64,000 nt of DNA from an uncultured Acidobacteriota bacterium (GTDB lineage: Bacteria > Acidobacteriota > Thermoanaerobaculia > Gp7-AA8). Below are positions 22,877 to 33,515 of the stretch, in pieces (positions within the stretch are counted from its first letter, which is position 1; every line of letters begins with the position of its first letter). A model generated the notes under the pieces. It was not told the origin of the DNA. It saw nothing but the letters and a program-made list of their open reading frames with translations, and ran no database searches. The DNA is taken from assembly GCA_963741955.1 (NCBI GenBank), contig CAVUKB010000005.1, positions 864,001 to 928,000 of the forward strand, given 5' to 3'. The position numbers were made by a program, and so were the translations under genes.

Positions 22877-23779
22877 ATGATCAACAAACGCGCAGGAGAA
22901 CGGCCCGAGTGGCTGAAGATTCGCGTTCCCGGCGACCTCGATCGTCTGCCGGTGACGAGACTGATCAACGACCTCGCCCTCAACACCGTCTGCCAGGAAG
23001 CCCGCTGTCCGAACATTTTCGAATGCTGGGCCGCAGGGACCGCGACGTTCATGATCCTCGGCGAAGTCTGCACCCGCCGCTGCACGTTCTGCGCGGTGGC
23101 GAAGGGCGCACCACTCCCCGCCGACCCCGGCGAGCCGCGCCGGGTCGCGGAAGCGGTCGCGAAGATGAACGTGCGGCATGCGGTGATCACCACGGTGAAC
23201 CGTGATGATCTTCCCGATGGAGGAGCCGAGCACTTCGCGAAGACGATCGAGGAGGTTCAGGAGGGAAGCGAGGCAACGGTCGAAGCTCTGATCTCGGATC
23301 TGGAAGGCGATCGTGACGCGCTTCGCACCATCCTGGCCGCTCGGCCGAAAGTGCTCGCGCACAACATCGAGACGATTCCGCGGCTCTACGCGCAGGTTCG
23401 GCCGACGGCGAAGTACCAACGCTCCCTCGACATCCTCCGCTGGGCTTCCGAAGAGCGGCACGAAGGTATGCTCACCAAGTGCAGCATCATGCTCGGGCTG
23501 GGAGAGACTCCTGAAGAAGTCCTCGAGGTGGCCGCGGATCTCCGGGATGCCGGGGTGGACATCTTCACCATGGGCCAGTATCTCGCGCCGACCGAACGGA
23601 ACCACCCGGTGCGGCGGTACTACTCGCCCGAGGAGTTCCGGGATCTCGGCCAGGCGGCGAAACGACTCGGATTTCAGCACGTCGAGTCCGGACCTCTGGT
23701 CCGGAGTTCCTATATGGCGCATCGTGCCGTAGAATCTTCGGCCGGCCCCGCCGATGCGGAGAGCGGTACCCTCGGATGA
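22877..23779 (+). CDS. lipA: Lipoyl synthase
   Basis: CQEARCPNIFEC, CTRRCTFC, GPLVRSSY. Confidence 0.95.
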   Translation: MINKRAGERPEWLKIRVPGDLDRLPVTRLINDLALNTVCQEARCPNIFECWAAGTATFMILGEVCTRRCTFCAVAKGAPLPADPGEPRRVAEAVAKMNVRHAVITTVNRDDLPDGGAEHFAKTIEEVQEGSEATVEALISDLEGDRDALRTILAARPKVLAHNIETIPRLYAQVRPTAKYQRSLDILRWASEERHEGMLTKCSIMLGLGETPEEVLEVAADLRDAGVDIFTMGQYLAPTERNHPVRRYYSPEEFRDLGQAAKRLGFQHVESGPLVRSSYMAHRAVESSAGPADAESGTLG

Positions 23780-23783
23780 CACG

Positions 23784-24062
23784 ATGCCTCGAGTGACGTT
23801 CGAAGATCAGGATCAGACTGCCGACTTCGAATCCGAACGAACACTTCTGAGCTGCGCCATCGACATGGGGATCCGGATCAGCCACGTCTGCGGTGGAGAC
23901 GGCGCCTGCGGCACGTGCCGCATCGCCGTGGTCGACGGATGGGACCAGCTCTCCCCTCCGACGCCCGATGAGACGTACAAGGAGCTCGAGCCACCGTACC
24001 GGCTGAGCTGCCAGGCGAAGCTGAAAGGCGACGTCGTGGTGAAAGTCGCAAAAATCGAGTGA
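23784..24062 (+). CDS. 2Fe-2S ferredoxin
   Basis: CGGDGACGTC...RLSCQ. Confidence 0.9.
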   Translation: MPRVTFEDQDQTADFESERTLLSCAIDMGIRISHVCGGDGACGTCRIAVVDGWDQLSPPTPDETYKELEPPYRLSCQAKLKGDVVVKVAKIE

Positions 24063-24071
24063 GAGGAAGTC

Positions 24072-24575
24072 ATGACGGAAACCGTATCGACGATGACCGA
24101 GACCGAACAGAGGCTGGGACTCGTTTTCCAATACACGGTCGAAGCCTACAAGGTGTTCGAGAAACTTGCTGAAGTGCTGCCGAATCCGATCACCGCGGGG
24201 ATGTTCGAGAACTTCGCCGAGGATGAGCGCGGGCTTCGCGATCTGCTGGAGATCAAGTATTCGGCAGGACACGCGCGACTGAAGATCACCCTCGGCGCGG
24301 ATCTCCGCTACCTCGACATGGTGGAGGGCGATCTCTCCTATCGCGAGATGACCGAGATGATGATCGCCCGCGAGCGGGCCATGGAAAAGAAGCTGAACGA
24401 ATGGGTGGCGAACGGCTCGGAGTCCGATCGTAACCTCTTCCACTATCTGGCCGCGACCAAGCGCGCGCATCTCGTATTTCTCGACCGCGAGCTGACGCTG
24501 ATCCAGTTCTACCCCCAGTGGTTCCGCCGCGAAGACGCCGAGTCGCTCATCGTGCACGGAACTTCCGAAGAATGA
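24072..24575 (+). CDS. Ferritin/rubrerythrin-like protein (degenerate)
   Basis: Two helical repeats, F..LAE...FENFAEDE and FHYLAATKRAH; co-transcribed position. Confidence 0.5.
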   Translation: MTETVSTMTETEQRLGLVFQYTVEAYKVFEKLAEVLPNPITAGMFENFAEDERGLRDLLEIKYSAGHARLKITLGADLRYLDMVEGDLSYREMTEMMIARERAMEKKLNEWVANGSESDRNLFHYLAATKRAHLVFLDRELTLIQFYPQWFRREDAESLIVHGTSEE

Positions 24576-24865
24576 GCCCCAACATCTCCATCACTCCGGA
24601 GGCCTCCGCCCGATTGCAGAGCGATCTGCAGGGGGGAGTCCTCCGGATCTCCTTCACCACCGGATGTGGAGGGAGCGGATACCGGATTGCGTCTTCCTCC
24701 GCTCCTCTGGATGAGGATGTGGTGGTGGAGGTGGGAGAGGTCGTGGTCGCCCTCGACCAGATGGCCGCGCGTAACCTGGATGGTGCGGAGATCGTGTACG
24801 ACGAGGAAGAGTCGGGCTATTCGATTCTGCATCCGAACGCGGTCAGCGCGGTCTGGTGCGGGTGA
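24572..24865 (+). CDS. HesB/IscA-like A-type carrier
   Basis: ISITPEA, GCGGSGY, LDGAEIVY, C-terminal WCG. Confidence 0.75.
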   Translation: MSPNISITPEASARLQSDLQGGVLRISFTTGCGGSGYRIASSSAPLDEDVVVEVGEVVVALDQMAARNLDGAEIVYDEEESGYSILHPNAVSAVWCG

Positions 24866-24891
24866 GCCGGCGGGAGAGGAGCTCCGGCCGG

Positions 24892-25386
24892 TCAGACGAA
24901 TCGCGGCTCCGATGTCCCCAGAATCCCTCCGCGATTGAGAAGCACCAGCTCGAGCTCGCGGATCTGTGAGCCGTTGCCCGACCGGAGAATCATCCTGCAA
25001 TCGGTCAGAGGGAAAAAGGGGTCGCGCTGGAGGAGGTAATCCGAGACTCTGACTCCGGTTCCCACCCAGAGCGTGCCACTGATCACTCCCCCGTTGAACG
25101 CGCACGAAACATCCTTCTCGCTCGCGTTCGCTACGACTTTCGCGCTCGGCTCCGGGACGTCGGGAATGATCAGGATCACCGTCCGCCGTTGAAGAGCGAA
25201 GAAAGGAACGCGCTTATCGAGCCCCGGAAGGGCCACGTCTTTCAATTTGAAAAAATCGTGCTGGTGATTCACGTAGTCGGTGAGGCTTCGCCGCGCCGGC
25301 ACCATGAACCAGCCGCGAACCCATCCTGCGGTGGTCAGAAGCTGTGCCCCGAGGTCACGCTGAGTCGGAGGCGTGTACTGACTCAT
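24892..25386 (-). CDS. Hypothetical protein with two internal repeats
   Basis: 164-aa ORF with RBS; repeated G.....R.LTDY...FF.L.D motif. Confidence 0.65.
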   Translation of the reverse strand: MSQYTPPTQRDLGAQLLTTAGWVRGWFMVPARRSLTDYVNHQHDFFKLKDVALPGLDKRVPFFALQRRTVILIIPDVPEPSAKVVANASEKDVSCAFNGGVISGTLWVGTGVRVSDYLLQRDPFFPLTDCRMILRSGNGSQIRELELVLLNRGGILGTSEPRFV

Positions 25387-25539
25387 GCTCCACTCCGTGA
25401 TCGGAATCGCCGGCACCGGACGAGATGATTCGTGATGCGGCGACGGCGAGGCCGGATCTTCGATATCGGTACCGTGGCATTCTACAGGTTATGCAGATAC
25501 GAAACCGAACGCAGATTCCGGGACAGCCGCGCACGCCGA

Positions 25540-27853
25540 CGGGAGCGCGGCCGTGCGGATCAGAGGATCCGCGCTCCCCAACGCCGGGGAATGCGCCGAG
25601 GGGAGCGCGGATCCTCTGATCCGCACGCCACACTCGCGTTCAGATCGGATCGAGACCATCCTGCGGCAGAAGCGGAGCTGTTCGCTCGAGACGCTGGACC
25701 ACCGACGCTTCGCGCCAGCACAGCTTCTCTTCTCGCGTAAACCGATTCGCGCGGCGGATCGGAGGACCGCTCGACGCGTGCGGCGGATCGCGCCGGGAGG
25801 GAGAGAAGAGAATATGAGAGGATGATTATTATATATATATTTTAGCCGGGGGGAGCGGCGGGGGAGCGCGGATCCTCTGATCCGCACGCCACACCGCGCA
25901 GATCGGACGAGACCACCTGCGGCAGAAGCGGAGCTGTCGCCGAGACGCTGGAACCACCGACGCTCGCGCACAGCCGCAGCCCTCCACGCGTACAACACGA
26001 TCGCGCGGCGGATCGGAGGACCGCACCCCCTCGAACGCGTGCGGCGGAACGCGCCGGGGGGAGCCAGCGCCGGGGGAGCGCGGATCCTCTGATCCGCACG
26101 CCACACCGCGTCAGATCGGATCGAGACCATCCTGCGGCAGAAGCGGAGCTGTTCGCTCGAGACGCTGGACCACCGACGCTTCGCGACAGCCGCAGCCTTC
26201 GTCTTCATCGCGTACAACACGATCGCGCGGCGGATCGGAGGATCCGCACCCCCTTCGAACGCGGGCGGCGGATCGCGCCGGGGAGCCAGCGCCGGGGGAG
26301 CGCGGATCCTCTGATCCGCACGCCACACTCGCGTTCAGATCGGATCGAGACCATTCCTCCGGCAGAAGCGGAGCGGTTCGATCGAGACGATAGCGCCACC
26401 GACGCTTCGCGCCCACCCACAACTTCCCTCTTCATCGCGTACAACAAGATTCGCGCGGCGGATCGGAGGATCCGCACCCCATAGAACCCGCGCAGCGAAA
26501 CGCGCCGAGGAGCACCCGCCGTGGGGAGCGAGCGCCGAGGGGACACCCGCCAAGGGGAGTACGCACCGTGGGGAGTACGCACCGAGGGGAGCGCGGATCC
26601 TCTGATCCGCACGCCACACTCGCGTTCAGATCGGATCGAGACCATCCCTGCGGCAGAAGCGGAGCGGTTCGATCGAGACGATAGCGCCACCGACGCTTCG
26701 CGCCCAGCCACAACTTCCCTCTTCATCGCGTACAACACGATTCGCGCGGCGGATCGGAGGATCCGCACGCCATAGAACGCGCGCAGCGAAACGCGCCGAG
26801 GAGCACCCGCGCCGAGGAGAGCGCGGACGGGAGTACCTGCCGTGGGGAGCGCGGATCCTCTGATCCGCACGCGATAATCGCGTTCAGATCGGATCGAGAC
26901 CATCCCTGCGGCAGAAGCGGAGCGGTTCGGTCGAGACACCGGAAACCACCGACGCTTCGCGCCCAGCCACAACCTTCCTCTTCATCGCACGAACACGATT
27001 CGCGCGGCGGATCGGAGGATCCGCACCCCATAGAACCCGCGCAGCGGCACGCGCCGAGGAGCACCCGCCGCGGGGAGCGAGCGCCGTGGGGAGTACGCGC
27101 CGTGGGGAGTACGCACCGTGGGGAGCGCGGATCCTCTGATCCGCACGCGATAATCGCGTTCAGATCGGATCGAGACCATCCTGCGGCAGAAGCGGAGCGG
27201 TCGTCGAGACGCTGGAACACCGCGCTTCGCGCCAGCCACAGCCTTCCTCTTCATCGCGTACAACACGATTCGCGCGGCGGATCGGAGGATCCGCACCCCA
27301 TAGAACCCGCGCAGCGGCACGCGCCGAGGAGCACCCGCCGCGGGGAGCGAGCGCCGTGGGGAGTACGCGCCGTGGGGAGTACGCACCGTGGGGAGCGCGG
27401 ATCCTCTGATCCGCACGCGATAATCGCGTTCAGATCGGATCGAGACCATCCCTCCGGCAGAAGCGGAGCGGTTCGATCGAGACGATAGCGCCACCGACGC
27501 TTCGCGCCCACCCACAACTTCCCTCTTCATCGCGTACAACACGATTCGCGCGGCGGATCGGAGGATCCGCACCCCATAGAACGCGCGCAGCGAAACGCGC
27601 CGAGGAGCACCCGCGCCGAGGAGAGCGCGGACGGGAGTACCTGCCGTGGGGAGCGCGGATCCTCTGATCCGCACGCCACACTCGCGTTCAGATCGGATCG
27701 AGACCATCCCTCCGGCAGAAGCGGAGCCGTTCGATCGAGACACCAGAATCCACCGACGCTTCGCGCCCACCCACAACTTCCCTCTTCATCGCACGAACAC
27801 GATTCGCGCGGCGGATCGGAGGATCCGCACCCCATAGAACCCGCGCAGCGGAA
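25540..27853. repeat. Tandem array of 9 REP/BIME-like units (about 210-290 bp)
   Basis: GGGAGCGCGGATCCTCTGATCCGCAC at about 25601, 25862, 26074, 26296, 26587, 26845, 27121, 27391 and 27649, plus an inverted copy at 25553; units also carry an inverted variant GCGGATCGGAGGATCCGCACCCC. Confidence 0.92.
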
Positions 27854-27854
27854 G

Positions 27855-28895
27855 CTACCGGTAGCTCTGGGCGTACTCCATCGCGTGGTACGTGATGATC
27901 AGATCGGCTCCGGCACGCTTGATGGAGGTGAGGATCTCGCCGGCGATGCGGGGGCCGTCGATCCAGCCTCGCTCCGCCGCCGCCTTGACCATCGAATACT
28001 CGCCGCTGACGTTGTACGCGACCACCGGAAGGTTGAACCGTTCCCTCGCCGCCCGGATCAGGTCGAGATACGAGAGGGCGGGTTTGACCATGATCATGTC
28101 GGCGCCTTCGAGGACGTCGAGCTCGAGCTCGCGTACTGCTTCCCGCGCGTTCGCCGGATCCATCTGGTAGGTCCGACGGTCGCCGAACTTCGGTGCCGAC
28201 TCCGCAGCGTCGCGGAACGGTCCGTAGAACGCCGAAGCGAATTTCGCGGAGTAAGCCATCACGCCGATCTCCGGATATCCCCGCTCGTCGAGCGCTTCGC
28301 GAATCGCGGCGACGCGTCCGTCCATCATGTCCGAGGGGGCGACGAAGTCGACTCCCGCATCGGCGAACGAGAGGCTCTGCCGGACCAGCAGCCCGAGGGT
28401 CTCGTCGTTCGAGACGTCCTTCCCGCCGGGCGTGTCGACCAGCGCACCACAATGTCCGTGATCGGTGTACTCACACATGCAGACGTCCGCGATCACCACC
28501 ATCCCGGGAATCTCCCGTTTCAGTGCTTCGATCGCGCGCTGCACCGGACCGGCCGGATCCCACGAGACCGCGCCGATCGGATCCTTATGCTCGGGGAGAC
28601 CGAACAGGAGAACGGACTTGACGCCGAGGTCCCATGCGCGCTTGCACTCTTCGATCAAGTCGGAGACACGATTCTGGTAGATCCCGGGCATCGACGCGAT
28701 CTCGACGCGCGGTCGCGAATCGGGGACCACGAACTGCGGCATGATCAGATCGGCGGGAGCCACGTGCGTCTCGCGCACCATGTCCCGGATCGCTTCGCTG
28801 CGCCGCAGGCGGCGAGGGCGGATCGTGGGGGTCAGGACTGTGGTGACCTCGTCACTCGTCCCAGTGCTTTTCGTCTCGGTCGATATCGTCGTCAT
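27855..28895 (-). CDS. hemB: Porphobilinogen synthase (Zn-dependent)
   Basis: RPRRLRR, DVCMCEYTDHGHCG, SDMMDGRV, FYGPFRDA, MVKPAL. Confidence 0.96.
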   Translation of the reverse strand: MTTISTETKSTGTSDEVTTVLTPTIRPRRLRRSEAIRDMVRETHVAPADLIMPQFVVPDSRPRVEIASMPGIYQNRVSDLIEECKRAWDLGVKSVLLFGLPEHKDPIGAVSWDPAGPVQRAIEALKREIPGMVVIADVCMCEYTDHGHCGALVDTPGGKDVSNDETLGLLVRQSLSFADAGVDFVAPSDMMDGRVAAIREALDERGYPEIGVMAYSAKFASAFYGPFRDAAESAPKFGDRRTYQMDPANAREAVRELELDVLEGADMIMVKPALSYLDLIRAARERFNLPVVAYNVSGEYSMVKAAAERGWIDGPRIAGEILTSIKRAGADLIITYHAMEYAQSYR

Positions 28896-29082
28896 CTTCC
28901 TGGTCTCCGTAAAAATAGATCTGGCCGCATCTCTCGCTGCAGAAACGCCGCCCGAATCCCTTGAACGCGCAGTCTGCACAGAAGAAGAGATTGCACACCA
29001 GGCAACGCTCGAGATACGCGGCTTCGCCGCTGATTCCGCATCCCCGGCACTTCCGTTCTGCGATTTCGGGAGTCTCGCTCAT
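28852..29082 (-). CDS. Small Cys-rich putative zinc-finger protein
   Basis: 76 aa with CRGC..CLVC..FCADC..FCSERC and an acidic tail; overlaps the hemB start. Confidence 0.65.
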   Translation of the reverse strand: MSETPEIAERKCRGCGISGEAAYLERCLVCNLFFCADCAFKGFGRRFCSERCGQIYFYGDQEDDDDIDRDEKHWDE

Positions 29083-29137
29083 TGAAAACTCTTTCGGGCG
29101 TGAATTTTCCACTCTGCGGGCCGGTTCAGTATAGCCG

Positions 29138-29166
29138 TTGACGGCACGGGCTGCTCTCCTTAGAAT
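29138..29166 (+). promoter_or_regulatory. Sigma70 promoter of the tRNA
   Basis: TTGACG-N17-TAGAAT, 15 bp upstream of the tRNA. Confidence 0.75.
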
Positions 29167-29181
29167 CGTCCGGCCCCGAAT

Positions 29182-29258
29182 GGCGGTGTAGCTCAGTTGG
29201 TCAGAGCGGGCGTCTCATAAGCGCTAGGTCACTGGTTCAAATCCAGTCACCGCCACCA
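29182..29258 (+). tRNA. tRNA-Met (CAT), elongator type
   Basis: GGCGGTG/CACCGCC acceptor stem, TAGCTCAGTTGGTCAGAGC D arm, CTCATAA anticodon loop, GGTTCAAATCC, encoded CCA. Confidence 0.93.
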
Positions 29259-29356
29259 CCCCCTCTTCACTCGGTCTTAACACGACCGGCGCGATGGGAT
29301 TCCCGCGAAGGGAGTCAGCTCGTTCTCACCAGCCGCGCCTCCTGTATGCTTCTCCG

Positions 29357-30754
29357 GTGAATCCCGTTGCTGCTGCGGTTCGCCGCTTCCTCGCCGCGGA
29401 GGAGCTCTCACCCCGGCGCGTGCTGGTCGCTTTCTCCGGCGGCCCCGATTCGACCGCCCTCCTAGCCGGCCTGGCCGAAGACCACGACCGGGGGTTCGAT
29501 CTCGTGGCCGGTCACGTCAATCACCACCTTCGCGGATCGGAATCGGATCACGACGAGGAGTTCGTCCGTGAGACCGCGCAGAGTCTGCACATCCCTCTCG
29601 AGATCGCGGATGCCCGTCTCGATCCCGAACAGATCCGCCAGGTCGGCCTGGAGGCGGCGGCTCGGAAGAGACGGTACGCGTGCCTGGAGAGCATGCGGCA
29701 GAGCAGCGGCTCGGATCTGGTGGCAACGGCGCACCACCTCGACGACCAGGCCGAGACGGTGCTGATGCGGCTCATGACCGGTAGTGGCACCCGGCGGTTA
29801 CAGGGGATCTCACCGCATCGCGGAACGCTGATTCGTCCCATCCTCGAGCTCTCCCGGCGTGAGATCGACCAGTTCCTCGCTGACCGCGGCATCGCCCCCC
29901 GCTCCGACAGCACCAACCGCGAACCGCGCTTTCTCCGGAACCGGATTCGCGCCGAAATCCTCCCGCTCCTCGAGGAGATCAACCCGCGCATCACGTCGAC
30001 TTTCGGGGAGACCGCACGTCAGGCGCGCGAGGAGGCCCGGGCCTTCGACCATCTTCTCGAGATCTCCAGCGCGGCGTGGATCGTCCAGGAGCCGAATTCG
30101 ACCTCATTCGATCCGGCGGCCGTCCCTTCAGACGCATGGATCGTGAGGGCGGCGCTACTCCGGGAGATTCACCGGCTGGACCCCGAGGCGCGGAATGTTT
30201 CGGCGCAGGACCTGCGGAGACTCGGATCGGAGCTCGGTCTGATCCGGCGGCAACGCGTCACCCGCGCGCTCGAGCTCGTCCGCGAAGGGGATCGTCTCCG
30301 CCTTCGCCATCTCCCTCTTCCGGAAGAGGATGCCCCTTTCGACGCCCCCATCGGCGTCGGAGAGGTGCGGTTCGTCGAGGAGATCGGCGCGGCAGTCCGC
30401 CTGCGGCTCGTTCATCCCGACGAGAACGCTCCCCTCTCCGCCGCGGCGCCCCTCCGTCAATGTTTTCAGCTTCCCGAAGGCGCCGGCGACGCATCCGGAT
30501 TCCGGCTGAGGAACCGCCGGAAAGGCGACGTTTTCCGCCCCCTCGGCAGCAGAGACGAGAAAAAACTGAAGGATTTCCTGATTGATCGTAAAATTCCGGT
30601 AGGGATCAGAAATCAATTGCCTCTACTCACCTTCCGCGACGAGATCGTCTGGGTTGCGGGAGTGGAGGTTTCCGACAGGTTCAGAGTGACCGGTCCGCCA
30701 TTGCCGATGTACGAGATCGCGATCGAGCTCAGAAATGATCAGCAAGACGACTGA
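29357..30754 (+). CDS. tilS: tRNA(Ile)-lysidine synthetase
   Basis: AFSGGPDS, HVNHHLRG, TAHHLDDQAET, DSTN...RNRIR, KKLKDFLID. Confidence 0.93.
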   Translation: MNPVAAAVRRFLAAEELSPRRVLVAFSGGPDSTALLAGLAEDHDRGFDLVAGHVNHHLRGSESDHDEEFVRETAQSLHIPLEIADARLDPEQIRQVGLEAAARKRRYACLESMRQSSGSDLVATAHHLDDQAETVLMRLMTGSGTRRLQGISPHRGTLIRPILELSRREIDQFLADRGIAPRSDSTNREPRFLRNRIRAEILPLLEEINPRITSTFGETARQAREEARAFDHLLEISSAAWIVQEPNSTSFDPAAVPSDAWIVRAALLREIHRLDPEARNVSAQDLRRLGSELGLIRRQRVTRALELVREGDRLRLRHLPLPEEDAPFDAPIGVGEVRFVEEIGAAVRLRLVHPDENAPLSAAAPLRQCFQLPEGAGDASGFRLRNRRKGDVFRPLGSRDEKKLKDFLIDRKIPVGIRNQLPLLTFRDEIVWVAGVEVSDRFRVTGPPLPMYEIAIELRNDQQDD

Positions 30755-31262
30755 TATCGAGACCCTCCACTCCGCGGCCGAGATCCACGCCCGGATCGAG
30801 CAGCTCGGACGTGACATCCGCCAGGACGCCGGTGACCGCGAGATCTGCCTGGTCGGCATACTGAAGGGAGCGCTCGTTTTCCTCGCCGACCTTCTCCGAT
30901 GCATTCCAGGGCCGGTTCACTACGAGTTCATCGACGTGATCCGCGACATCAGCGACACCGAAGTCGCGGAGGCGATGGAGATCGATTTCCTCACCCACTT
31001 CAGCATCGAAGGGAAGTACGTCTATCTCCTGAAGGATGTGGTGAGCACGGGAGTGATCGAGACGTGGCTGACCAATCAGCTCCGCCAGCGGAACCCCGCA
31101 TCGATCCGGATGGTGGCCCTTCTCGACCGCCCCGAACAACGGACCGTCGATTTCGACGTCGATTTCGCGGCGTTCCGCGCCCGGGACGGCGTCTACGCAG
31201 GGTTCGGCCTCGAGTACGAAGGCCACGAGGGCAATCTCCCGTTCATCGGCAGGATCATCTAG
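30735..31262 (+). CDS. hpt: Hypoxanthine phosphoribosyltransferase-like protein (catalytic motifs altered)
   Basis: GILKGALVFLADL, tilS-hpt-ftsH synteny, GFGLEY...NLPFIG. Confidence 0.75.
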   Translation: MISKTTDIETLHSAAEIHARIEQLGRDIRQDAGDREICLVGILKGALVFLADLLRCIPGPVHYEFIDVIRDISDTEVAEAMEIDFLTHFSIEGKYVYLLKDVVSTGVIETWLTNQLRQRNPASIRMVALLDRPEQRTVDFDVDFAAFRARDGVYAGFGLEYEGHEGNLPFIGRII

Positions 31263-31447
31263 ACACGACCGAAGGCTCCGCCGAGCCGCTCCGAGCGCTC
31301 CGTCAGTGCTGGCACCGATTTGGATAGAATTTAGAAGTCGGGTCCGGGGTTAATGACGGCAGCGGACGCCGGCGGGGGGCGAACTCCAGGATTTCCGCCT
31401 CCCTTTCGGCGCTTTCGATAACGCGTCTCCCCGCTCTGGAGGTATTT

Positions 31448-33370
31448 TTGAGCTCAACGATCAAGACAGCACTCCTTTGGGTGGTCATCATCGTTCTCGT
31501 GTTCCTTCTGTGGAGCCTCTTCCAGACTTCGAAGTCGACCACGGAAACCGTGCCGTTCAGCACGTTCCTCGACTACGTCCAGAAGAACGAGGTCGAGAAG
31601 GTCACCATCCGCGGTAGCGAGATCACCGGCGATCTCCGTTCGACGGCTCCCGCCGCGCGGAAGGAATTCAAGACCATCATGCCGCCGAATTACGACGCCC
31701 TCGTGCCGGAGCTTCGGGCGAAGAACGTCGTCATCAACGCGGAAGAACCGCGCGACAACTCGTTCGTGACTGCCCTGATCACCTGGGCTCCCATCCTCTT
31801 CCTGATCGGCTTGTGGATCTTCTTCATGCGCCAGATGCAGGCGGGTGGGAACAAGGCGCTTTCTTTCGGGAAATCGAAAGCGAAACTCCTCTCCGGCTCG
31901 GCGAAGAAGGTCACGTTCAAGGACGTGGCGGGAGTGGACGAAGCGAAGGTCGAGCTCCAGGAGATCATCGAATTCCTTCGTGACCCGCAGAAGTTCACCA
32001 AGCTCGGAGGAAAGATCCCGAAAGGTGTGCTCCTGATGGGGCCTCCCGGTACGGGCAAGACCCTCCTCGCTCGCGCCATTGCAGGAGAAGCCAACGTTCC
32101 GTTCTTCTCGATCAGCGGCTCCGATTTCGTGGAGATGTTCGTCGGCGTCGGCGCGTCACGCGTCCGCGATCTGTTCGAACAGGGAAAGAAGAACGCTCCC
32201 TGCATCATCTTCATCGACGAGATCGATGCAGTCGGCCGTCACCGCGGAGCGGGGCTCGGCGGAGGACACGATGAACGAGAGCAGACACTGAATCAGCTCC
32301 TGGTCGAGATGGACGGCTTCGAAGGGAACGACGGCGTGATTCTCGTCGCCGCGACCAACCGCCCCGACGTACTCGATCCGGCGCTCCTCCGCCCCGGCCG
32401 GTTCGATCGCCGCGTGGTGGTCGATCTCCCCGACCTGAAAGGTCGCGAAGGAATCCTCCGCGTGCATACCCGCAACACTCCTCTCGCCGAAGACGTCGAC
32501 CTCTCGGTCGTCGCCCGCGGCACACCGGGGTTCTCCGGTGCGGATCTGGCGAACCTCGTCAACGAGTCCGCCCTCAATGCCGCCCGCTACGATCGGAAGA
32601 AAGTCGGCGCGTACGACTTCGATTTCGCGAAAGACAAGGTGCTGATGGGCGTCGAGCGGAAGAGCATGGTCATGAGCGTCCGCGAGAAGAAGAACACTGC
32701 GTACCACGAAGCGGGACATACCGTAGTCGCAGCAGTCCTCCCGGCCGCCGATCCGCTCCACAAGGTCACCATCATCCCGCGTGGTCGCGCCCTCGGGCTC
32801 ACCCAGCAGCTTCCCACCGAGGACAAATACTCGTACTCGCGGCGCTATCTCGAGGCGACCCTCGCCGTGCTGATGGGAGGACGTGTCGCAGAAGAGATCT
32901 TCCTGCAGGAGATCACCACTGGCGCCGGCAACGACATCGAGAAGGCGACCGGACTCGCGCGCCGCATGGTCTGCGAATGGGGAATGTCGACTCTCGGACC
33001 TCTCTCGTACGGCAAGAAGGAAGAGGCGATCTTCCTCGGACGTGAGTTCGCACAGCACCAGGACTTCTCCGAGAACACCGCCCGGCAGATCGACGACGAA
33101 GTGAAGTCGATCGTCGAGGTCGCGTACAAGCAGGCCCACGAACTCGTGACGCAGCACAAGAAGTCACTCGATCGCATCGCTCGCAGGCTCCTCGAGAAGG
33201 AGACTCTCGAGGGGGCGGAAGTGAACGAGATCCTTCGTGAAGACACCGGAATGGACTTCTACCGCATGAAGGATGCCTTCCCCCAGGAGGGTCCGGAAGA
33301 GGCGATGACCATCGCTCCCGGCGGCGGTTCCGACATCGACGTCCCGCTTCCGGAGCCTTCTCCGAGCTGA
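31448..33370 (+). CDS. ftsH: ATP-dependent zinc metalloprotease FtsH
   Basis: Two TM helices, [26 protein letters not shown]. Confidence 0.97.
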   Translation: MSSTIKTALLWVVIIVLVFLLWSLFQTSKSTTETVPFSTFLDYVQKNEVEKVTIRGSEITGDLRSTAPAARKEFKTIMPPNYDALVPELRAKNVVINAEEPRDNSFVTALITWAPILFLIGLWIFFMRQMQAGGNKALSFGKSKAKLLSGSAKKVTFKDVAGVDEAKVELQEIIEFLRDPQKFTKLGGKIPKGVLLMGPPGTGKTLLARAIAGEANVPFFSISGSDFVEMFVGVGASRVRDLFEQGKKNAPCIIFIDEIDAVGRHRGAGLGGGHDEREQTLNQLLVEMDGFEGNDGVILVAATNRPDVLDPALLRPGRFDRRVVVDLPDLKGREGILRVHTRNTPLAEDVDLSVVARGTPGFSGADLANLVNESALNAARYDRKKVGAYDFDFAKDKVLMGVERKSMVMSVREKKNTAYHEAGHTVVAAVLPAADPLHKVTIIPRGRALGLTQQLPTEDKYSYSRRYLEATLAVLMGGRVAEEIFLQEITTGAGNDIEKATGLARRMVCEWGMSTLGPLSYGKKEEAIFLGREFAQHQDFSENTARQIDDEVKSIVEVAYKQAHELVTQHKKSLDRIARRLLEKETLEGAEVNEILREDTGMDFYRMKDAFPQEGPEEAMTIAPGGGSDIDVPLPEPSPS

Positions 33371-33515
33371 TCACTCTGAACGACGTTGCAACATGAAACG
33401 GCGGGCGAGAGCCCGCCGTTTTCTCGTTGACCCCGAACCGGCGCAGGCCACTTCTCCTCTACGAGCCTCCAGCCTCGAGTCTCGAGCCTCGCGTTCCCCG
33501 AGGTACAATCCGCCC

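Noticed and set aside
25489-27837. Protein-coding ORFs in the repeat array
   Set aside because: They are repetitive Arg-rich translations in several frames that follow the DNA repeat.
25540-27853. CRISPR array
   Set aside because: The period is 210-290 bp, the intervening sequences are homologous rather than unique spacers, and no cas genes are present.
29182-29258. tRNA-Ile2(CAU), the TilS substrate, next to tilS
   Set aside because: The acceptor stem GGCGGTG lacks the C4-G69/C5-G68 pairs of Ile2 and resembles elongator Met; tRNAscan-SE isotype models would settle it.
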